Part shown: positions 1 through 8,166 of the stretch, piece after piece | How positions within the stretch are numbered: position 1 is the first letter of the stretch | Layout of the letters: every line of letters begins with the position of its first letter | Virus record (IMG/VR): IMGVR_UViG_3300033475_000888 | Location: 1-28,568 of that record | DNA: 28,568 nucleotides | Direction: 5' to 3' (one strand) | Origin: a virus | Lineage: Duplodnaviria > Caudoviricetes | Made by a program: the position numbers and the translations under genes | Notes under the pieces: generated by a model | What the model saw: only the letters and a program-made list of their open reading frames with translations | What the model was told of the DNA's origin: nothing | The model's database searches: none

Positions 1-2
1 AG

Positions 3-134
3 GGAACCCGAGACGGCAAAACCTGGATGATCGCCGTCTTCAAGCTGCACCTCACCGAGCACACCTGGCCGGTGTGCGAGTTCGTGATCCAGGCCGAATG
101 GTACGCGGACGAATCGGCGGAGGCGACCCGATGA
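3..134 (+). CDS. Hypothetical protein, 3' fragment (...GTRDGKTWMIAVFKLHLTEHTWPVCEFVIQAEWYADESAEATR)
   Basis: Open frame from the window edge; stop overlaps the next start (ATGA 131-134). Confidence 0.7.
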   Translation, partial: GTRDGKTWMIAVFKLHLTEHTWPVCEFVIQAEWYADESAEATR

Positions 135-556
135 GCGACCACGCCGATCTGATCGAGTACCTCAATACGGCCGACCTCGGGCCGGTCGCCTCGGTCGACA
201 TCATCGACGCGAGCGGTGTCGAAGTGCACCGCATCGTGCTGGCCGACTCGGACCGCCTCGGCGCGACCGCGCGCCGGTGGGTCGTCTTCCTCGACCTGAT
301 CGACGCCACCGCAGGGCGCCGCCGCGCCCGCGACAAGGGCGTGCACCTGAACCTGCGCGGTTTCCTTCCCGGTCGCGGCCCGGTGGTTTTCGTCGTCATC
401 CCGTTCACCGCCCCGCGGCAGGTCGCGCTGATCGACGAGCTGATCGAGCGGCAGGACCTCGACGACCTGACGGCTCGGCTCTCCGAACTCGACATGGCCG
501 ACCGCCGCGCGGCCCACATCGCGGCGAACCCCACCACCGAGATCGAGGAGAAATGA
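131..556 (+). CDS. Hypothetical protein, 141 aa
   Basis: GGAGG RBS, ATGA coupling at both ends, GC3-rich codons. Confidence 0.8.
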   Translation: MSDHADLIEYLNTADLGPVASVDIIDASGVEVHRIVLADSDRLGATARRWVVFLDLIDATAGRRRARDKGVHLNLRGFLPGRGPVVFVVIPFTAPRQVALIDELIERQDLDDLTARLSELDMADRRAAHIAANPTTEIEEK

Positions 557-984
557 CCACCGCCACCATGCGCAACCCCGTCATCCCCGAGCCGGAGGGA
601 TGGAACATCGTCCAGGGCGCCACGCACCGGATGCTGTCAGTCACTCTCGACGACGCGCACGTCGTCTACGCCTACGACACGGCCAGCATCGCCCTTTCGT
701 TGGTTGACCGCTCGGAGCGGTTGTACGCCGGCGATCTGAACAAGGCGATCCGCACGCAGACCATTCCCGGCCGCGTCGTGTTCCGGGTTCCCGAGATCGA
801 TTGTGGCGGCGTGCTGAGCGAGTACTTCCCACCGGTCGTGACCGGTACGGCCGCCGAGGTTTCCCTTGTCTTGCAGGCGATCCCGCATTTCTACGCGTGC
901 CTGCGCGAGCCCGAGGAGCGCAAGACGCTGCGGTCGGCCTACCGCTGGCTGGCCAAGCACGCGGCCGGAGGCGAGGAGAAGTGA
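553..984 (+). CDS. Hypothetical protein, 143 aa (MTTATMRNPVIPEPEG...)
   Basis: GAGGAG RBS, ATGA overlap at 553-556; real start lies inside ORF-track 277..984. Confidence 0.8.
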   Translation: MTTATMRNPVIPEPEGWNIVQGATHRMLSVTLDDAHVVYAYDTASIALSLVDRSERLYAGDLNKAIRTQTIPGRVVFRVPEIDCGGVLSEYFPPVVTGTAAEVSLVLQAIPHFYACLREPEERKTLRSAYRWLAKHAAGGEEK

Positions 985-1079
985 GCCGTGTAGCGGGCTG
1001 CACCGAGTGCGGCACATATCCGTGCGACGACCACGACACCACCGACGTCGACGACCGAAACGAAAGCGAGGAGAGCTGA
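981..1079 (+). CDS. 32-aa Cys-containing mini-protein (CTECGTYPC)
   Basis: GAGGAG RBS and GTGA overlap; CxxC...C motif. Confidence 0.55.
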   Translation: MSRVAGCTECGTYPCDDHDTTDVDDRNESEES

Positions 1080-1095
1080 TGGGGCTGCGGGCGAA

Positions 1096-1128
1096 GCCGT
1101 CGCCGACCGTTTCGGGGCCGGCGACGGC
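1096..1128. terminator. Hairpin between convergent genes
   Basis: GCCGTCGCCG (1096-1105) pairs with CGGCGACGGC (1119-1128). Confidence 0.55.
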
Positions 1129-1138
1129 GGCTGCCGGG

Positions 1139-1354
1139 TTACGCGTCGTTCTCGGCGGCGGGCGAACCGTCCTCAACGTGGAGGGGACGTTTGGGGAGCT
1201 TCGCGCCGGGCTCGCGGTTGAACCAACGGATGAAGGCGTGGACCAATCGTGAACGGTCGCTTTCGACTGCTGTCGCGAACTTTTCAAACGTATCCCATGT
1301 GTTCTGCGGGATTCCTCTTACGCAGCGTTGCTTTTCCTTGTGTTGGTTGGCCAT
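1139..1354 (-). CDS. Small ribbon-helix-helix-like DNA-binding protein, 71 aa
   Basis: MANQHKEKQRCVRGIPQNTWDTF...DRSRLVHAFIRWF..EPGAKLPKRP fits the strand-helix-helix pattern of actinophage RHH proteins; divergent from an operator-bearing promoter. Confidence 0.7.
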   Translation of the reverse strand: MANQHKEKQRCVRGIPQNTWDTFEKFATAVESDRSRLVHAFIRWFNREPGAKLPKRPLHVEDGSPAAENDA

Positions 1355-1368
1355 ATGTGCAGCGTAGT

Positions 1369-1421
1369 GGGTGGCTTGCCACCCGTCGAGGGGAGTGCAA
1401 TACTGGGGTGGTAAGCCACCC
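1369..1421. promoter_or_regulatory. Two palindromic operators overlapping a putative sigma70-type promoter
   Basis: GGGTGGCTTGCCACCC (1369-1384) and GGGTGGTAAGCCACCC (1406-1421); TTGCCA (1376-1381), 17 bp, AATACT (1399-1404). Confidence 0.7.
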
Positions 1422-1440
1422 ATCTATCAGGGAGAACCCG

Positions 1441-1818
1441 ATGGACGCCTTCACCACCGTGACCGGCACCCGCTGGATCTACGGCATTGAGGAGACCGTG
1501 ACCGGCTTCCCGATCCGCCAGGGCCTGACCACCAGCACCATCGCGTTCGTCACCTTGCTCACCGAGGCCGGCTCCCTGGTCCGTGAGGTGCAGGTCCCGG
1601 CCGGGGACATGGACGGTGTCCGAGTCCGCGACCTCTCGCGGGCGAGCGACGACATGTTGTGGCGGATCGCCGAGCACTTCACGGGCGACGGTCGCGGTGC
1701 CCGCGCTTTGGCGGAGTTGACGATGCGGGCGCGCGACATCAAGGAGCAGGCGGAGCGGGAGCGCAGCTACCGCATCGAGCGGTCCCGCCGCGACGCGGCC
1801 CGGCTGATCGCCGCCTGA
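1441..1818 (+). CDS. Hypothetical protein, 125 aa
   Basis: AGGGAG RBS upstream of ATG 1441; GC3-rich. Confidence 0.8.
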   Translation: MDAFTTVTGTRWIYGIEETVTGFPIRQGLTTSTIAFVTLLTEAGSLVREVQVPAGDMDGVRVRDLSRASDDMLWRIAEHFTGDGRGARALAELTMRARDIKEQAERERSYRIERSRRDAARLIAA

Positions 1819-1839
1819 AACGCAAGGAAGCGAGGAGAC

Positions 1840-1983
1840 GTGAGCGTCCGGAAGCAGCGCAAGGCGGCGAAGAAGAAGGCGGCCCAGGAGATGAGGAACG
1901 CCACGACCGCCGAGGAGTGGCTGGCGGCGAGTGACCGCTACATCGACGCCCAACACATCGGACGAGGAAGCGAGGAGAAGTGA
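1840..1983 (+). CDS. 47-aa basic mini-protein (MSVRKQRKAAKKKAAQEMRNATTAEEWLAASDRYIDAQHIGRGSEEK)
   Basis: Not in the ORF track; GAGGAG RBS, GTG start, GTGA coupling to the next gene. Confidence 0.65.
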   Translation: MSVRKQRKAAKKKAAQEMRNATTAEEWLAASDRYIDAQHIGRGSEEK

Positions 1984-2393
1984 GCAGGAAGACCAGTCCG
2001 AAGGCGGACATCGACATTCAGGTCGACGGCACCGAACAGATCGTCGTCCGGATGCACGCGCCCGACCGTGGGGTATGGCGGGAGTCGTTCCAGGGGAAGT
2101 GGGTCGACAAGAGCATCGGTGGCTGGTGCGACGAAAACCAGAGTGCGCTGGTTTGGCGAGTCGGGATCACCGCAAGCGGTCGCTCGGTCGCCTACCGCGG
2201 GCTGACCGACCACGAGGAATCCCGGCGTCGGCAGGGGGTCTCGGAAGCCAACACCGAGAGTCTGCTGCTGGTTTTCGACACTGCGGAGGAATTCGCTGCC
2301 GGCGTCGTGAACGCCGGATTCCCGGACAGCTGTGTGAAGTGGGCGCTCTCCAAGCTGGAGAGCGCCGTCATTCGTCACCACCCCACGTGGTGA
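1980..2393 (+). CDS. Hypothetical protein, 137 aa; weak resemblance to the C-terminal domain of EXLDI-family proteins
   Basis: RBS and coupling; pattern EQIVV..F.GKW..WRVGITASGR..LLVFDTAEEF. Family resemblance is tentative. Confidence 0.7.
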   Translation: MSRKTSPKADIDIQVDGTEQIVVRMHAPDRGVWRESFQGKWVDKSIGGWCDENQSALVWRVGITASGRSVAYRGLTDHEESRRRQGVSEANTESLLLVFDTAEEFAAGVVNAGFPDSCVKWALSKLESAVIRHHPTW

Positions 2394-2457
2394 TCACCAA
2401 GTAAAGAAGGCGGGCCCCGGCCGCGATCCGGAGCCACTGATTCCCGAAGGAGAGCAG

Positions 2458-2811
2458 ATGAGCACGAACATCGAAACCGAGTACCCGGCGCTCGCCGTCG
2501 GCGACAAGCTGAAGTTTGCCGAGGAGAAGCAGCGCTACACCGTCCGTTCCGTCAGCAAGGACGGACGCTGGGCGATCTGCACCAAGCCGTTCAACGCTTG
2601 CAACACCGTGCTCTACACGATTCTCGACCTCGCTGAAGGTGAGCGCGGCGTCGACAACATGGTCTTCAGCCTCGGCTACGAGGACCAGGAGTCGATCGAC
2701 GAGAACATGCGACGACTCGAAGCCGGCGAGATGGAGCTTTCTCTTCGCCACCGGCCGATCGACCTTCGCATCGAGTTCGACAAGTCCTTGATCGCCTCAA
2801 CCGCCAACTGA
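2458..2811 (+). CDS. Phage-type hypothetical protein, 117 aa
   Basis: AAGGAG RBS; GDKLKFAEEKQRYTV...CTKPFN...VLYTI motif recalled from other phage hypotheticals. Confidence 0.85.
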   Translation: MSTNIETEYPALAVGDKLKFAEEKQRYTVRSVSKDGRWAICTKPFNACNTVLYTILDLAEGERGVDNMVFSLGYEDQESIDENMRRLEAGEMELSLRHRPIDLRIEFDKSLIASTAN

Positions 2812-2817
2812 CCAGGC

Positions 2818-2881
2818 GGCCCCGGACGGTGCTGGAACACCGCTCCCCGGGGCCTTGATCCACTGCGAAGGAGTGGACCCA
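2818..2881 (+). promoter_or_regulatory. Structured leader: long hairpin plus RBS-sequestering hairpin
   Basis: GGCCCCGG/CCGGGGCC outer stem, CGGTG-CTGGAA-CACCG apical stem-loop, then TCCACT-GCGAAGG-AGTGGA covering AAGGAG. Confidence 0.55.
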
Positions 2882-3061
2882 ATGGGAGACCGTACCCATC
2901 GCCCGCCGAAACTGGCGCGAAGCGGCGACCGGCTCAGCCGCGCCGCTGCCGACTTGTTACAGCTGCTGGACTCCAGCGGCACCACCGAGAACCTGCCGCC
3001 CGCCGACCGGCGCCGTGTCGCCGACATCCGCGACCTCGTCGAGGACGGGGGTGAGCGGTGA
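2882..3061 (+). CDS. Hypothetical protein, 59 aa
   Basis: AAGGAG RBS, ATG 2882, TGATG coupling. Confidence 0.65.
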   Translation: MGDRTHRPPKLARSGDRLSRAAADLLQLLDSSGTTENLPPADRRRVADIRDLVEDGGER

Positions 3062-3300
3062 TGAGGAAGCTTCGGACTTGGCTGATCGGGCTGCTCGTCC
3101 CGGCGCCGCGCTACAACGTCGACGAAGCCCACGCGGACCCGGGCATCGAAGAGTTCGCCGTGTGGCTCGCTTACCTCGACCACGAAATTCCCTCTTACGG
3201 CGACGACGAGCTCGGCTACTGGCGCGACATTGCCGACCGCGCGGCAGCCGCCGGATTCCTCCGCTACGCCGGGCCGGACGCCGAGGGCGGTGGCCGATGA
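3061..3300 (+). CDS. Hypothetical protein, 79 aa
   Basis: Coupled at both ends; GC3-rich. Confidence 0.75.
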   Translation: MRKLRTWLIGLLVPAPRYNVDEAHADPGIEEFAVWLAYLDHEIPSYGDDELGYWRDIADRAAAAGFLRYAGPDAEGGGR

Positions 3301-3800
3301 TGTCCTCGACCGTCCGCGCGCTCGCGCTGTTCGGCGCACTCCACGCCGCCTGGTCCGATGTCCACCCGTTCTGCGATCAGATCGTGCAGAACAGCGACGA
3401 CGCCGCGGGCAAGGGCGAACCCGGCTGGACCGGGCGGAAGGCGTGCGCCAAGCACGTCACCACCTACACGGCCGTCCAGACGATCGCCGCTCTCGGCGTG
3501 ACCCGGGCGCTCGGCTACCGGCTGCCGGTCCGGGCGCTCGCCGCCGGGATGACCGTCAACGCGGTCACGCACTACGTGATCGACCGGCGCGAACCCTTCA
3601 AGGCGTTCCTGCGTTCGAAGCGGATCGGCAAGGGCGGCTACCTCGACCACGCCACCGTGCAGCGGCGTCCTGGCGTGGTCGAGGAGAGCGGCCCCGGTAC
3701 CGCGCTGATGGAGATGGACCAGGCCGCGCACCGCGCGATCGGTGTGCTGGCCTCGCTGCTCACCACCGCCATCGCGGTGCGGACGGGAGGTGAGCGGTGA
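3297..3800 (+). CDS. DUF3307-family membrane protein, 167 aa
   Basis: H..CDQIVQ, K..PGWTG..CAKHV..Y, THYVIDRR and DQAAH motifs with hydrophobic segments. Confidence 0.8.
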   Translation: MMSSTVRALALFGALHAAWSDVHPFCDQIVQNSDDAAGKGEPGWTGRKACAKHVTTYTAVQTIAALGVTRALGYRLPVRALAAGMTVNAVTHYVIDRREPFKAFLRSKRIGKGGYLDHATVQRRPGVVEESGPGTALMEMDQAAHRAIGVLASLLTTAIAVRTGGER

Positions 3801-3964
3801 TGCGCAACCCCTTCGGAACCAAGGTCATCCGGTCCACCACGCTCCCCGACAAGCGCTGCTGCGGATGCGGCAAGGCTGTCCGCTCACACGGCGGCACCGG
3901 TATCTACCACTGCTCCAAGCCCGCCTGCGTGCGCAAGGCAGCTCGTCACATGGGCGGTGCGTGA
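3800..3964 (+). CDS. 54-aa Zn-finger-like protein (CCGC...HCSKPAC)
   Basis: Not in the ORF track; GGAGG RBS, TGATG coupling on both sides. Confidence 0.7.
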   Translation: MRNPFGTKVIRSTTLPDKRCCGCGKAVRSHGGTGIYHCSKPACVRKAARHMGGA

Positions 3965-4146
3965 TGGCCGACAACGTGATGGTCGAACTCGGCCGCCTGC
4001 ACCTGCACCGGCCGCGCCCGGACACCCCGCCCGCCGAGGTCGCCGCATGGCACCTGGAGCACGCCGCCACGCTGGACCACCTCGGCCGGACCGCCGACGC
4101 GGCCAAGGCCCGCGCGCAGGCCGCGAAGTTGGGCGGTGCGTCGTGA
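3964..4146 (+). CDS. Hypothetical helical protein, 60 aa (weakly AMED_5909-like)
   Basis: Coupled; RPRPDTPPAEVAAWH pattern. Family resemblance is tentative. Confidence 0.65.
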   Translation: MADNVMVELGRLHLHRPRPDTPPAEVAAWHLEHAATLDHLGRTADAAKARAQAAKLGGAS

Positions 4147-4148
4147 CC

Positions 4149-4307
4149 ATGAACGACCAGCCGTGGATCGAGGCGAAACGCGACTCGGCGTGCCCGTACT
4201 CGTGCGGCCAGACCCAGTGCGGCCACTGGGAATGGGTCGGTGTCGCGGCACGGTGGCGCGCCGACCAGGACCCGACCCGCAACCCCGGGCAGAACGGGGG
4301 CCAGTGA
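4149..4307 (+). CDS. 52-aa Cys/His mini-protein (CPYSCGQTQCGH)
   Basis: GTG 4143 or ATG 4149 start coupled to the upstream stop; TGATG downstream. Confidence 0.6.
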   Translation: MNDQPWIEAKRDSACPYSCGQTQCGHWEWVGVAARWRADQDPTRNPGQNGGQ

Positions 4308-4549
4308 TGTTCTTCGACGCTCTCGAACGCCGCGGCACGCTCGCGTTGCTGAAGTTCACCGGCGCGCTCGTGCTGTTCGTGCTGCTGCACCTCGCGCGGC
4401 TGCCGCTCGTGCTCGCCGCCCGGGTGCTGGAGGTCGCGCTGCGCCGGCTCGACCGGTACGCCACCGACCACGCCAGACGCGCCCCGACGGGACCGATCAA
4501 CCACTTCTACCCCGCCACGAACAGGGAGGAGATCCATGTCCACGCCTGA
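4307..4549 (+). CDS. Small membrane protein, 80 aa (transfer/spread accessory)
   Basis: Long hydrophobic stretch; lies in the operon upstream of the spd-like and traB-like genes. Confidence 0.75.
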   Translation: MFFDALERRGTLALLKFTGALVLFVLLHLARLPLVLAARVLEVALRRLDRYATDHARRAPTGPINHFYPATNREEIHVHA

Positions 4550-4826
4550 GCCGCGCGTCCCCGCGCCCGAGGTCACCACCACCCCGGCGCCGAACAGCGG
4601 CCAGCTCACCACCCGACCCAAGACGGCCGGCCCGACCCGTACCGAGTGGGCGGTCGCCTGGGTCGGCAACCACCTGGCTGAGCTGTCTGGGCTCGCGCTC
4701 GCTTCGACCTTGATGTTCACGGTGTCCGACTGGTTCGCCGTGCTCACCGGCGTGCTGGCCGCGCTGTGGCTCGTGCACGAGTGGCGGGCCCGGCGTGGCG
4801 ACAACGACAAGGAGACAGGCTCGTGA
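4536..4826 (+). CDS. Small two-TM membrane protein, 96 aa (transfer/spread accessory)
   Basis: GGGAGGAG RBS; two hydrophobic segments; GTGA coupling to the next gene. Confidence 0.8.
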   Translation: MSTPEPRVPAPEVTTTPAPNSGQLTTRPKTAGPTRTEWAVAWVGNHLAELSGLALASTLMFTVSDWFAVLTGVLAALWLVHEWRARRGDNDKETGS

Positions 4827-5926
4827 GCTGGTATGAGGAGCGCCGCGCCGACCAGCGGCTCAAGGCCGACCTGGCGATGCAGGAGCAGGACCGGCGGCAC
4901 GAACGGAAGCGCCAGGACCGGGAAGACCGCCGCAAGCAGGCCGAGGACCGGCGCAACGACCGCCGCAACCGGCGCAAGCAACGCCTCGAGCGGATCCAGG
5001 AATGGGCCGGTGAGCATGCCGTCGACCTGCTCATTTACCCGCTCGCGCTCGTGTCCGCTGTGCTCGCCATCCCCGCGATGGCCGCATACGGGCACGCCAC
5101 CTACGGCGATGCCACCGGCTACGTGCTGCCGGCGCTCTCCGAGCTGGGCATGTGGTGCTTCGCCGTGGCGGTGCAGATCGTGCGGTCCAGCTACCCGGAG
5201 CGGCCGGTGTGGGCGCTACAGCTCGGGGTGTGGCTGTTCGCTGGTGTCGCGGCTGTGCTCAATGCGCTGCACGGCGCTGAGAAGGGACCGGACACTGCGG
5301 CCGTGATGGGCGTCGCCTCGGTCGCCGGGGTCGTCGCGCATCAACTGATCGTGGCCGGGCGGCGGCGCACGGCAGAGGAACGGGCAGAGGCTCGGCACCA
5401 CCGGTCGACCCGAATGAAGGTCAATCGGGTCCGTCGGCAGGCGCTACGCGCGGCGGTCGGAGAGGTCGATCCAGACGGCGCGGTGCGGCTCGTGTACGTG
5501 CCCGGTCGCTACACGCTCAAGCGCCTGAATCGAGGGCTCGATCGCGCGGTCGTTCCGGGTATGCCGGTCGATCCGGAGGTGACCGATTGGGATGCCGCAC
5601 TCGCCGATCTGGTCGCCGCTGACGCCACCGCCCGCCCGGTCGAGAAAACCGGGATCGAGGACGGATCGACTTCCCTCGATTCTGGGTCGATCGCAACCCT
5701 CGATCCGTCGTCTGACCAGCAGGAATCCGAGGATCGGCGCAAGCCATTCTTTCGGCGCTCGCTCGCCCAGCTGGTGACCGAGTTCGACGCTGCGATCGAC
5801 GAGGGTCGACTCGACCCGACGGTTGTCGAGTCCATCCGCAAGACCCTCAAGTGCTCGCCGAAGTACGCCCGGAAGCTCCGCGACTACTACGCCGCCACGA
5901 AGCGTGGGAAGGGCGGTCGGAAGTGA
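4823..5926 (+). CDS. Spd-like (DUF2637/SpdB-type) multi-TM spread protein, 367 aa
   Basis: Charged N-terminal coiled coil, about 4 TM helices, possible C-terminal HTH (IRKTLKCSPKYARKLRD); directly coupled to the TraB-like gene. Confidence 0.72.
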   Translation: MSWYEERRADQRLKADLAMQEQDRRHERKRQDREDRRKQAEDRRNDRRNRRKQRLERIQEWAGEHAVDLLIYPLALVSAVLAIPAMAAYGHATYGDATGYVLPALSELGMWCFAVAVQIVRSSYPERPVWALQLGVWLFAGVAAVLNALHGAEKGPDTAAVMGVASVAGVVAHQLIVAGRRRTAEERAEARHHRSTRMKVNRVRRQALRAAVGEVDPDGAVRLVYVPGRYTLKRLNRGLDRAVVPGMPVDPEVTDWDAALADLVAADATARPVEKTGIEDGSTSLDSGSIATLDPSSDQQESEDRRKPFFRRSLAQLVTEFDAAIDEGRLDPTVVESIRKTLKCSPKYARKLRDYYAATKRGKGGRK

Positions 5927-8166
5927 CCACGATCGACCCCGATCGAGGCGAACTCGCCGAGGTTCGACACCTCCCGGTGGCGCGCGCTGACGGCGACCTG
6001 GAGCCCGCTGGGGAGGTGCTGGATGGTGAGCTGGAGACACCGGATCAGTACCGCGCTTGGCAGACCGAAGCCGCACGCCGGCAACGCCGTACCGCGGGGT
6101 ATGTCGACACCGGCCGCGCCGTCGTGCGGGTCACCCGCACCGTCGCCACCCACGACCACACCAGGGCCACCGGGCGGGCGCTCGTCCGGCACGGCTCCTA
6201 CGTGCTCGGCGGTGTGGGCGTGGTCGCCAAGCGGGCGAAAGACCGGCGCACCGGCGACCGCTACGAGCGGATCATGGACAAGCTCGAAGCCGCCAACGAC
6301 TTCGAGCGTCTTGACCAGTGGGAATGCAAGGCCGAGCAGGCAAAACAGCGTCGGCACGAGCGCCGTATCGACTGGCTCAAGGCACCGGAGCGGCTGGCGA
6401 AAGCAGCAGCGATCGGCATTGGGACGATCGCTGCGCTGCTGCTGGTGCTCGGATTCATCCTGGCCGTGGCCAGCAAAGACGCTGGCATGATCCTCGCGCC
6501 CATCGCCAGCGTCATCCGCGTGATCAGCTGGACATTCTGGCTGGTCACGGCCTACTTCACGTTCCTCGTCGGCGGCATCACCGCACTCGGCCTGCTCTAC
6601 CTGCACCGGGTCGGGAAGAAGGCTGACAAGGCGCCGGAGTGGACGATGCCCCAGGCGCGGCGCGTCAGCAGCGAGGGTGCCCTCGTGACTCCGCCGGCTG
6701 TCGTGAACGCCTTCCGCCACCTCGGCATCTCTGACCTGCGGAAATCCATCCAAGCGATGGAGGATGGCGGCGCTGGGATGCTCTCCTCGATCACGCTGGC
6801 TGGGTGTGGTGTCGAGGTAGACGTACTGCTGCCGCGCGGGGTTGACACCGGCGAGATCCAGAAGCGGCGCAAGAAGCTGGCCGAGAACCTCGACCGGCAC
6901 GAGCACGAGCTGTTCATCACGATCCCGAAGCAGGCCCGCACCGTGCGGCTGTGGGTCGCCGACCCGGGCGCACTGGACGAGCCGATCGAGGCATCTCCGC
7001 TGGTCACGAACCCGCCGCAGCGGGTCAGCATGTTCCGCGACCGGGCTCCGCTGGGCCAGAACCTGCGCGGTGACGGCATCGCGCTGGACCTGTGGCAGAA
7101 GCACGTCCTGTTCACTGGCAACTCGAACATGGGCAAGACGGCCGCGCTGCGTTCGCTGGCTCTGTGGTTGCTGTTCGACCCGACCGTCGAGTTCCGGATG
7201 GCCGACCTCAAGGGCATCGGCGACTGGAAGATGTTCCGCGACATCGCCACCACCTACATTGCGGGCCCGACCGAAGATCACGCCATCGAAGCCACGCACA
7301 TGCTCGAAGAGGCCGTCCGCGAGATGGAAAAGCGGCTCATGAACTTCGACGAGGACAAGTACCCGGACGGCGTCCCGGAGGGCCTGCCTGGCTACCACCC
7401 TCTCGTGCTGATCGTGGACGAGGCGCAGAACGCCTACATGAATCCGATGGCAGACGAACTGAAGCGCCCGTACGGCGGAAAGTCGAACAAGTCCAGGTAC
7501 TTCATGGCCGTTCGGAAGATCCACAACCAAGGCCGGGCAGTCAACGTGGTGCTGTGGGAAGGCACCCAGGACCCGACCGACCAGAACCTTCCGAAGCTGG
7601 CCAGGGAGGGCGCCCATATTCGGGCCGCGCTGCGGGTGGGCTCGAAGGAGCAGTCCCGCATGGGGCTCGGTGACGCCGCAGTCAACGACGGAGCCGCTCC
7701 GCACGAACTCCAGGCCGAACACAAGGGAACGCTGGTCATCACCGGTCCAGGGGTGCCCTGCCAGCAGGGCCAGGTCAGCGAGATCGTGCGGACGCATTTC
7801 GTCAACGGCACCGACGGCACGACGGTCGCTGACCAGGCAAAACAGCTTCGTACTGGTCAGCAGGAGGCGTCCGAGGAAGACCGGGAAGAACGGGACCACC
7901 TGGCCGATATTGCGCGGGTGATCAGCGAGAGTCAGAAGCCGCGGGTCGGCACCACGGAGGTGTTGCAGCGCCTGGTCGTTCTGGACGAGGCCGGGTACCG
8001 GCCGTGGACGCATGAGCAGTTGACGGCGTTCCTCAAGCCGCTGAACGCGGCCCCGTACAAGAGCGGCGGCGTGATGGTCATCAGCGCCGCCCGCGTCCAG
8101 GAGGCGCTTACGGATCGTGACGAAAACGAGCCTTCCGAGGGCGATGGGGACGACTTCGAGGACTGA
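5923..8166 (+). CDS. traB: TraB-like FtsK/SpoIIIE conjugative DNA translocase, 747 aa
   Basis: Two TM segments, Walker A GNSNMGKT, DLKG, Walker B LVLIVDEAQ, GRAVNVVLWEGTQDP, C-terminal winged-helix-like region. Confidence 0.9.
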   Translation: MTTIDPDRGELAEVRHLPVARADGDLEPAGEVLDGELETPDQYRAWQTEAARRQRRTAGYVDTGRAVVRVTRTVATHDHTRATGRALVRHGSYVLGGVGVVAKRAKDRRTGDRYERIMDKLEAANDFERLDQWECKAEQAKQRRHERRIDWLKAPERLAKAAAIGIGTIAALLLVLGFILAVASKDAGMILAPIASVIRVISWTFWLVTAYFTFLVGGITALGLLYLHRVGKKADKAPEWTMPQARRVSSEGALVTPPAVVNAFRHLGISDLRKSIQAMEDGGAGMLSSITLAGCGVEVDVLLPRGVDTGEIQKRRKKLAENLDRHEHELFITIPKQARTVRLWVADPGALDEPIEASPLVTNPPQRVSMFRDRAPLGQNLRGDGIALDLWQKHVLFTGNSNMGKTAALRSLALWLLFDPTVEFRMADLKGIGDWKMFRDIATTYIAGPTEDHAIEATHMLEEAVREMEKRLMNFDEDKYPDGVPEGLPGYHPLVLIVDEAQNAYMNPMADELKRPYGGKSNKSRYFMAVRKIHNQGRAVNVVLWEGTQDPTDQNLPKLAREGAHIRAALRVGSKEQSRMGLGDAAVNDGAAPHELQAEHKGTLVITGPGVPCQQGQVSEIVRTHFVNGTDGTTVADQAKQLRTGQQEASEEDREERDHLADIARVISESQKPRVGTTEVLQRLVVLDEAGYRPWTHEQLTAFLKPLNAAPYKSGGVMVISAARVQEALTDRDENEPSEGDGDDFED

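Noticed and set aside
1079-1252. 57-aa plus-strand ORF with a good RBS
   Set aside because: Runs through a hairpin and antisense to the RHH gene; treated as a stranded start, not a gene.
5560-5830. Dense TCGA/GATCGA words in the 3' part of the spd-like gene as a second clt
   Set aside because: TCGA is common in actinobacterial codon pairs and I could not define a consistent 8-mer; needs a statistical test.
5923-8166. Host cell-division FtsK or type VII secretion EccC
   Set aside because: Single ATPase domain, Spd-like neighbours and an adjacent repeat array; no ESX or chromosomal context.
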